Virus record (IMG/VR): IMGVR_UViG_2645727555_000033
Length of the DNA: 4,166 nucleotides
Direction: 5' to 3' (one strand)
DNA from: a virus
Taxonomy: Duplodnaviria; Heunggongvirae; Uroviricota; Caudoviricetes
Shown here one piece after another: positions 1 to 4,104 of this stretch. A program made the translations under genes and the position numbers. Positions within the stretch are counted from its first letter, which is position 1; every line of letters starts with the position of its first letter. The notes beneath the pieces are model-generated. The model had not been told where the DNA came from. It made no database searches and saw only the letters and a list, made by a program, of their open reading frames with translations.

Positions 1-1230
1 ATGAGCAGAGCACTTAACAAACTGAGCGATACACAGCTGAGGAAAATCAACGGCACACCCGCCCAAAAAACAGCCTTTCTTAATGACGGTGGAAACCTGA
101 GCGTCAGGCATTCAACCAGTGGCCTTTTAACCTGGTATTTCACTTACAGGGCCGGAACGGGAAGGGGGGCACCACCGGAACGCATTAAGCTGGGAAATTA
201 TCCTGATCTGAGCCTGAAATCAGCCAGGGAAAAAGCCGCCCAGTGTCGCGCATGGCTGGCAGAGGGGAAAAATCCACGTCATGAGATGAATTACACCGTA
301 CAGGAAGCGTTAAAGCCCGTAACGGTTGGTGATGCGCTCACCTACTGGCTTGAGTCGTACGCAAAGGAAAACCGTGTGGATTATGACCCACTGAAAAAGC
401 GGCTAAATAATCACGTAATACAGCACATTGGCCCTATGCCGCTGGATAAATGCGAGCTACGGCACTGGCTGGCCTGTTTTGATCGGGTGGCAAAGCAAGC
501 CCCTGTTTCCGCCGGGTTCCTGCTACAGACATGCAAGCAGGCGCTTAAGTTCTGCCGGAAGCGGCGCTATGCAATCAGCAACGTTCTTGATGATATGAGT
601 GTGGCGGACGTTGGGAAAAAACCGGATATAAGCGAGCGTGTCTTAAGCAACAAAGAACTTGGCGAATTATTGCAGGCACTGGACAAAAAAATATTCTCCC
701 CCTACTACATCGCGCTAATCCGCCTCCTGATTGTGTTCGGATGCCGGACGGTCGAACTTAGGTTATCGGAGATCGGCGAGTGGGATTTTACCGAAATGCT
801 CTGGACTGTTCCGAAGGAGCACAGCAAAACGAAGGTAGCCATATTCCGGCCCATACCGGAAGCAATACTGCCGTTCGTCACGCAGCTGGTGGAGCAGAAC
901 AGGCACACGGGCTTATTGCTGGGGGAAGTGAAACAGGAAACAAGCGTGTCGCAGTACGGCAGATTAGCGCACAGGAGGCTAAATCACCCTCACTGGTCAC
1001 TACATGACATCCGGCGCACCTTTACAACGATGCTGAACGATTTAGGCGTGGATCCTCACGTCGTGGAGCAGCTTACAGGCCACCAGATGCCAGGAATGCA
1101 GCGAGTTTATAATCATTCCCGTTATCTGGATGCTAAACGCAATGCGCTGGATATGTGGATGGAGCGGTTAGGGATACTGGCGGGAACACATGAAAACGTA
1201 ACCGCACTACCAGTAGCCAGAAGAAAATAA
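1..1230 (+). CDS. int: Site-specific tyrosine recombinase / integrase, P4-like family (409 aa)
   Basis: ORF 1-1230 starts with ATG at position 1 and ends with TAA. The N-terminus (LNDGGNLSVRHSTSGLLTWYFTYR...IKLGNYPDLSLKSAREKA) resembles the arm-DNA-binding domain of P4-type integrases. The C-terminus carries the catalytic signature of tyrosine recombinases: box I Arg (FGCRTVELR), box II H-x-x-R (HDIRRTF) and the terminal nucleophile tyrosine region (VYNHSRYLDAKRNALDMW). The internal small ORFs on both strands are overlapped by this gene and treated as spurious. Confidence 0.9.
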   Translation: MSRALNKLSDTQLRKINGTPAQKTAFLNDGGNLSVRHSTSGLLTWYFTYRAGTGRGAPPERIKLGNYPDLSLKSAREKAAQCRAWLAEGKNPRHEMNYTVQEALKPVTVGDALTYWLESYAKENRVDYDPLKKRLNNHVIQHIGPMPLDKCELRHWLACFDRVAKQAPVSAGFLLQTCKQALKFCRKRRYAISNVLDDMSVADVGKKPDISERVLSNKELGELLQALDKKIFSPYYIALIRLLIVFGCRTVELRLSEIGEWDFTEMLWTVPKEHSKTKVAIFRPIPEAILPFVTQLVEQNRHTGLLLGEVKQETSVSQYGRLAHRRLNHPHWSLHDIRRTFTTMLNDLGVDPHVVEQLTGHQMPGMQRVYNHSRYLDAKRNALDMWMERLGILAGTHENVTALPVARRK

Positions 1231-1247
1231 TTTTTTTCGTGTTTTTT

Positions 1248-1271
1248 CAGTATGCGCATACTGGATATGCG
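1248..1271. repeat. Perfect 16-bp palindrome CAGTATGCGCATACTG plus a third TATGCG half-site
   Basis: Read directly: cagtatgcgcatactg at 1248-1263, preceded by T-runs (1231-1237 and 1242-1247) and followed by a further TATGCG at 1266-1271. No U-run follows the palindrome on either strand, so it looks like a protein-binding site rather than an intrinsic terminator. Confidence 0.5.
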
Positions 1272-1285
1272 AACAGATACAACGT

Positions 1286-1325
1286 GCAACAATGAGCAAC
1301 AATGTGGAACAACTACGAACAAGAG
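1286..1325. repeat. Four tandem degenerate 10-bp repeats (GCAACAATGA / GCAACAATGT / GGAACAACTA / CGAACAAGAG)
   Basis: Read directly: head-to-tail decamers at 1286-1295, 1296-1305, 1306-1315 and 1316-1325 with a conserved core (G/C)(C/G)AACAA. The 10-bp period matches one helical turn, which suggests iteron-like or regulator-binding sites. Confidence 0.5.
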
Positions 1326-1514
1326 GCGAAAAAGCGTACGGATTTATAAGTGGCTGATTTCTAATGTGTTACTGGTTTTTTATACACTAGCGAATCACTC
1401 TTTAAAGAGCGAGAAAAAAGGCATGGAACAATATTTTATGCCTTTGTATTAACATGAATTTAAAAGATTTTATTCTTACTGTTTCATTTTCTGTAAATCA
1501 TACATCCTCAGTAT

Positions 1515-1543
1515 TTGCCATTCATCACTCTAGCGGGAACAAT
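1515..1543 (+). promoter_or_regulatory. Candidate sigma70 promoter for alpA
   Basis: TTGCCA (1515-1520), a 17-bp spacer, then AACAAT (1538-1543). The predicted start is about 45 nt upstream of the alpA GTG. This is a pattern match only; other promoters in the AT-rich 1440-1590 region are possible. Confidence 0.25.
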
Positions 1544-1594
1544 ACGACACAATAAGACACCTGATGACTCTTTAAGAAACGAAAGGGGGCAATA

Positions 1595-1783
1595 GTGTTA
1601 AGCACTGATCGGTTTATACGTGAAAAAGAATGCAAAAAACTAACCGGCCTTAGCCGTACGTGTCGCTACCGCCTGGAAAAGGCCGGACAATTCCCATCAC
1701 GTCGTAAACTTGGCGGTCGTTCCGTTGGCTGGTCTTTATCCGAGGTTCTGGCCTGGAAGGATAGCTGCAAGGCAGTTCATTAA
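1595..1783 (+). CDS. alpA: AlpA/Vis-family phage transcriptional regulator (wHTH, excisionase-like), 62 aa
   Basis: GTG start at 1595 preceded by a strong Shine-Dalgarno AAGGGGG (1583-1589). The protein MLSTDRFIREKECKKLTGLSRTCRYRLEKAGQFPSRRKLGGRSVGWSLSEVLAWKD has the AlpA pattern (TGLSRSTIYRL..G.FP....LG.RSVGW...EV..W). Its position directly downstream of a P4-type integrase is typical. Confidence 0.8.
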   Translation: MLSTDRFIREKECKKLTGLSRTCRYRLEKAGQFPSRRKLGGRSVGWSLSEVLAWKDSCKAVH

Positions 1784-1789
1784 TCACGC

Positions 1790-1808
1790 TGGCGGCACAC
1801 AGCCGCCA
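1790..1808. repeat. Perfect palindrome TGGCGGC-acaca-GCCGCCA just after the alpA stop
   Basis: Read directly: 7-bp arms with a 5-nt spacer. It is not followed by a U-run on either strand, so it is more likely a binding site or stabilising hairpin than a terminator. Confidence 0.45.
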
Positions 1809-1931
1809 CACATCAATCATCTGAACACAGAGCTATAACCATGAAGATTGAATATACGCCAGAACGTGGGCGGGGATTCGTTCGCCCTGGTGAAACTGAA
1901 AAACAACAAAATTGGGGTTTTTCAGGCATAA

Positions 1932-2000
1932 CAAAAAGCGCCCAGTTACCTGAGCGCCTTTGTGAACGATTAACCTGCTGCACAAAAAATAAATATGAGC
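1932..2000 (-). ncRNA. Candidate small RNA of about 65-70 nt (extended -10 promoter plus intrinsic terminator)
   Basis: On the minus strand there is a perfect extended -10 element TGATATAAT (plus coordinates 2015-2007) with no good -35 box. About 45 nt downstream of the predicted start sits a GC-rich hairpin GCGCTCAG-GUAA-CUGGGCGC (plus 1957-1938, 7 of 8 stem pairs, GNRA-type loop), followed immediately by UUUUU (plus 1937-1933). No ORF with a ribosome-binding site lies between promoter and terminator. Confidence 0.3.
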
Positions 2001-2053
2001 ATTGGAATTATATCAACTGTGTGAAGAAGCGCCACAATTGCCGGATTACAGGC

Positions 2054-2080
2054 AAAAAAATGCGACCTATGATGGTCGCA
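2054..2080 (-). terminator. Rho-independent terminator of the minus-strand cassette
   Basis: On the minus strand: stem TGCGACC, loop AUCAUA, stem GGUCGCA (plus 2080-2061), followed by UUUUUUU (plus 2060-2054). It lies about 75 nt downstream of the stop of the 61-aa ORF. Confidence 0.6.
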
Positions 2081-2156
2081 AAAATATGATATACATGTTG
2101 ATTACACTATGCATCGACAACGATGCCACATTTTTGGCTGGTTGGCAAATCTGTCA

Positions 2157-2342
2157 TCAGGGCGGACAACAACGCCACGATCTCATCTTTCTTGGGCAAT
2201 TTTTAAGAAAATCCTCAAGGGCAAATCTTTTTGGCCTTGCTTCCTGTTCATGGTCAGGCATTTCATCCATTTCTCTTAATTTTTTTTCTACCTGTCTTTC
2301 AAGTATGGATAATGCGATTTCCCGTAATTCTTCGTTGTTCAT
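2157..2342 (-). CDS. Hypothetical small protein (61 aa), highly charged with a Cys-rich C-terminus
   Basis: ATG at 2342 is preceded by a strong Shine-Dalgarno (ACAGGAGTAGACA-ATG) and an in-frame stop just upstream. Protein: MNNEELREIALSILERQVEKKLREMDEMPDHEQEARPKRFALEDFLKNCPRKMRSWRCCPP. A terminator follows downstream. I do not recognise a family. Confidence 0.5.
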   Translation of the reverse strand: MNNEELREIALSILERQVEKKLREMDEMPDHEQEARPKRFALEDFLKNCPRKMRSWRCCPP

Positions 2343-2363
2343 TGTCTACTCCTGTAAAGAAAT

Positions 2364-2390
2364 GCGCCGTAGTTCCTCACACCACGGCGC
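2364..2390 (-). promoter_or_regulatory. Intercistronic hairpin between the 34-aa and 61-aa ORFs (possible attenuator)
   Basis: GCGCCGT, a 13-nt loop, then ACGGCGC (2364-2370 and 2384-2390). On the minus strand it is followed by AUUUCUUUAC and then the Shine-Dalgarno of the 61-aa ORF. It sits about 10 nt after the stop of the upstream 34-aa ORF. Confidence 0.3.
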
Positions 2391-2399
2391 TGATAGTTT

Positions 2400-2504
2400 T
2401 TATCCTTTGGGTTCTATGCCGCGTTGCTGTAATTCTTTGCGGATTATTCGCTTTATCCAGGCAGCAAGAGAATCATCGCCGTCCTGTTGTTGTGCCTTTT
2501 CCAT
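2400..2504 (-). CDS. Hypothetical 34-aa ORF (leader-peptide-like or small protein)
   Basis: Translated by hand from the minus strand: ATG at 2504 to TAA at 2402-2400, giving MEKAQQQDGDDSLAAWIKRIIRKELQQRGIEPKG. It is below the size cutoff of the supplied ORF track. The Shine-Dalgarno is weak (GGGAAAAG). Its position immediately upstream of a hairpin and the 61-aa ORF is the main support. Confidence 0.3.
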   Translation of the reverse strand: MEKAQQQDGDDSLAAWIKRIIRKELQQRGIEPKG

Positions 2505-2572
2505 CTTTTCCCGTAAGTCAGGATCTAAACGGAACTGGAACGGAGGATTACCACGCCTTTCGTTTTTGTGTG

Positions 2573-2628
2573 TTGACACGTTAATTACACCTCATGTAAT
2601 GTATTTATGTGTAATGACACATTACACA
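2573..2628 (+). promoter_or_regulatory. Promoter/operator region: consensus -35 TTGACA with four TGTAAT/ATTACA half-sites
   Basis: TTGACA at 2573-2578; a possible -10 TAATGT at 2597-2602 (18-bp spacer). Half-sites: ATTACA 2584-2589, TGTAAT 2595-2600, TGTAAT 2610-2615, ATTACA 2621-2626. The last two lie inside a perfect 9-bp inverted repeat TGTGTAATG-aca-CATTACACA (2608-2628). The operators overlap the spacer, -10 and predicted start, a classic repressor-controlled layout between divergent transcription units. Confidence 0.45.
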
Positions 2629-2646
2629 CAATCAACACAAAAAGCA

Positions 2647-2679
2647 AAGCCCCGCACTGTAGGAGCAGTAACGGGGCTT
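2647..2679. other. Hairpin presenting a Shine-Dalgarno copy (UAGGAG) in its apical loop
   Basis: 8-bp stem AAGCCCCG/CGGGGCTT (2647-2654 and 2672-2679) plus an inner 4-bp stem ACTG/CAGT, with loop TAGGAG (2660-2665). The heptamer TAGGAGC (2660-2666) is repeated exactly as the real ribosome-binding site of the first operon gene (2698-2704). On the minus strand the hairpin is followed by a U-rich run (CUUUGCUUUUUGUG), so it could also act as a minus-strand terminator. Confidence 0.4.
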
Positions 2680-2708
2680 CTAACCAACAACGTAAACTAG
2701 GAGCCGTT

Positions 2709-2903
2709 ATGGTTGCCGTAAATCATATACCACACCTTGTACACACACAAACGGCCTTTGTGTGGCGTTTTCTGGCACTGAGTGCCGGAGAATCTCAAAT
2801 CATCCACGTAACCGCCTGGAGGGAACGCGAAGCGCGTAGCCGTTGCCCGTCCGGTTGTGTTGCTGTATTCGCCGCCCGTATTCGTCAGGGGGTAGGCTTA
2901 TGA
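2709..2903 (+). CDS. Hypothetical small protein (64 aa), first gene of the plus-strand operon
   Basis: ATG at 2709 with Shine-Dalgarno TAGGAG five nt upstream. Its TGA stop overlaps the next start (ATGA at 2900-2903). Codon usage looks enterobacterial. Protein: MVAVNHIPHLVHTQTAFVWRFLALSAGESQIIHVTAWREREARSRCPSGCVAVFAARIRQGVGL. The longer track ORF from 2607 has no ribosome-binding site and is rejected. Confidence 0.45.
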   Translation: MVAVNHIPHLVHTQTAFVWRFLALSAGESQIIHVTAWREREARSRCPSGCVAVFAARIRQGVGL

Positions 2904-3133
2904 GTCAGGAAATCACACTACAACAGGCAGCAGAACGCGCCCACCAAATCGAAGTTATTTGCGCACTGGCAGAGGATTACCCTGGCATGATGACCGACAG
3001 CGAATCAGGGGCAATCATCGGCTTACTTAAACGCCTTAGCGGTGAGGTCTGCGTATTCCTGAGCGATGAACAGGAAAGAAGAACGCTTATTTCTAACGAA
3101 AAAAAATGCGGAGGGGTACACCATGTGCAATAA
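2900..3133 (+). CDS. Hypothetical small protein (77 aa)
   Basis: ATG at 2900 with a G-rich Shine-Dalgarno (GGGGGTAGG), coupled to the upstream stop by ATGA overlap. Protein: MSQEITLQQAAERAHQIEVICALAEDYPGMMTDSESGAIIGLLKRLSGEVCVFLSDEQERRTLISNEKKCGGVHHVQ. Confidence 0.6.
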   Translation: MSQEITLQQAAERAHQIEVICALAEDYPGMMTDSESGAIIGLLKRLSGEVCVFLSDEQERRTLISNEKKCGGVHHVQ

Positions 3134-3350
3134 AACCACACCGGACGCAGCCGCCGCCGCACTCACTACGCTGATGCACGCGCTTATTGATATTGAATGC
3201 ACGGCAGAGCTTGCACAAAAGGAAGAACGGGAGGAATACACATTGTTCGCCCTGGAATGTATCCGATACACCGCCACGCGGTCGCTGAATGACGCTAAAA
3301 ATATTCTTGTTGCTGATTGTGAAAATGGGGAGGGGGGGGGTTATGCGTGA
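3123..3350 (+). CDS. Hypothetical small protein (75 aa); its 3' end carries a G9 tract
   Basis: ATG at 3123 preceded by GGAGGGG, overlapping the end of the previous gene by 11 nt. Protein: MCNKTTPDAAAAALTTLMHALIDIECTAELAQKEEREEYTLFALECIRYTATRSLNDAKNILVADCENGEGGGYA. The last codons run through GGGG-A-GGGGGGGGG (3327-3340). Confidence 0.5.
   Translation: MCNKTTPDAAAAALTTLMHALIDIECTAELAQKEEREEYTLFALECIRYTATRSLNDAKNILVADCENGEGGGYA
3332..3340 (+). repeat. G9 homopolymer tract at the junction of the third and fourth operon genes
   Basis: Read directly: nine consecutive G at 3332-3340, preceded by GGGGA. The tract encodes the C-terminal Gly residues of the upstream ORF and also serves as the ribosome-binding site of the downstream ORF, whose ATG is at 3343 in the +1 frame. 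Confidence 0.9.
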
Positions 3351-3564
3351 TGATCGTTTTAATTCCCTGAAACAAGAATTTTCCGGCGTTCCTGATGATG
3401 CGGCTGATGCGCTTTCGTCAATATCTGAAATTATGCGGGTGGCTTTTTTCTTTCTTTTCACTGATGAGCACAGAGGTACAGGGCTAAATATTCTTGATAT
3501 TGCCGCTAACTATGCTGATTTCGTGACAGAAGCTGTTTTAAGAAAAACAACGGACGGGGATTAA
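3343..3564 (+). CDS. Hypothetical small protein (73 aa)
   Basis: ATG at 3343 immediately after the G-rich tract, overlapping the upstream stop by 8 nt. Protein: MRDDRFNSLKQEFSGVPDDAADALSSISEIMRVAFFFLFTDEHRGTGLNILDIAANYADFVTEAVLRKTTDGD. It may instead be the C-terminal half of a single fused gene (see findings). Confidence 0.5.
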   Translation: MRDDRFNSLKQEFSGVPDDAADALSSISEIMRVAFFFLFTDEHRGTGLNILDIAANYADFVTEAVLRKTTDGD

Positions 3565-3565
3565 T

Positions 3566-3799
3566 ATGCGTGATATTTATCTTGAAACAATAGACCGCGC
3601 ATTTCTTGCACTTTCTCACAGTGAAAATATGTTGGAAATATTTCGCATATGGCTTGAAACACGTGGCGACAATGAACGCGACAAACAAAAATCAAGAATT
3701 GCCACGGCATTAATAACGATTCTTGAGCCTGTAATAATGGAACTGCAAGAAATAGATCTATTGCACGACAGATATAAAGAACAGCACACCGGAGAATAA
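3566..3799 (+). CDS. Hypothetical small protein (77 aa)
   Basis: ATG at 3566, two nt after the upstream TAA, with ribosome-binding site GGGGA. Protein: MRDIYLETIDRAFLALSHSENMLEIFRIWLETRGDNERDKQKSRIATALITILEPVIMELQEIDLLHDRYKEQHTGE. It shares the start context ATGCGTGAT (MRD) with the previous gene. Confidence 0.6.
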   Translation: MRDIYLETIDRAFLALSHSENMLEIFRIWLETRGDNERDKQKSRIATALITILEPVIMELQEIDLLHDRYKEQHTGE

Positions 3800-3804
3800 A
3801 AATA

Positions 3805-4104
3805 ATGAAACTTAAATATCCTGGCTTAACTGCCAGTGGCAAAACTCGCACTAAATTCATGCGCGGGGATATTTACCGCGATAAGTACGGCGGCACGGTA
3901 ATGATTAAGGGCGTGGAGGAACGGCGCGTAACTTACCGCCGTGAAGGCTACGAATATGATTGCGTGATGCCTGTTTATCAGTTCGAACGTGATTTTACGC
4001 TGGTGCAGGCAGCGCAACGAAGCAAGCCCACCAGCAGGGAGAAAGCACGCACCAATATTCAGAAGATGAAAAACATGATTAACGGATTCAGGGGCAAGAA
4101 ATGA
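3805..4104 (+). CDS. Hypothetical small basic protein (99 aa)
   Basis: ATG at 3805 with Shine-Dalgarno GGAGAA; its stop overlaps the next start (ATGA at 4101-4104). Protein: MKLKYPGLTASGKTRTKFMRGDIYRDKYGGTVMIKGVEERRVTYRREGYEYDCVMPVYQFERDFTLVQAAQRSKPTSREKARTNIQKMKNMINGFRGKK. It may belong to a prophage-associated family of unknown function, but I cannot confirm that without a search. Confidence 0.6.
   Translation: MKLKYPGLTASGKTRTKFMRGDIYRDKYGGTVMIKGVEERRVTYRREGYEYDCVMPVYQFERDFTLVQAAQRSKPTSREKARTNIQKMKNMINGFRGKK

Noticed and set aside
705-1007. Track ORFs 705-908 (-) and 780-1007 (+) inside the integrase gene
   Set aside because: Both are fully embedded in the well-supported integrase reading frame, lack ribosome-binding sites and have low-complexity translations. 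They are out-of-frame or antisense artefacts.
1417-1445. Hairpin AAAGGCAT / 13-nt loop / ATGCCTTT as a possible int terminator
   Set aside because: The stem is AU-rich with a large loop, it lies nearly 190 nt past the int stop, and the U-run is on the minus-strand side. Too weak to call.
1122-1452. Track ORFs 1122-1322 (-) and 1252-1452 (+)
   Set aside because: They overlap the integrase 3' end and the repeat-rich AT-rich intergenic region, have no ribosome-binding site and give implausible translations. The region is better explained by regulatory repeats.
1841-2089. Plus-strand 82-aa ORF (MKIEYTPERGRGF...)
   Set aside because: It has no recognisable Shine-Dalgarno and spans, on the opposite strand, an extended -10 promoter and two hairpin-plus-U-run terminators. 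Provisionally treated as non-coding, but not excluded: its Cys/His-containing basic product could be real and should be checked for conservation.
2002-2700. Plus-strand 232-aa ORF and 117-aa ORF (2231-2584, TTG start)
   Set aside because: The translations are Ser/Cys/Phe-rich and hydrophobic, typical of the antisense of charged proteins. There is no ribosome-binding site, and the ORFs run through the minus-strand terminator and the promoter/operator region.
2607-2903. Long form of the first operon ORF starting at 2607
   Set aside because: That start lies within the operator palindromes and has no ribosome-binding site. The internal ATG at 2709 with TAGGAG five nt upstream is the credible start.
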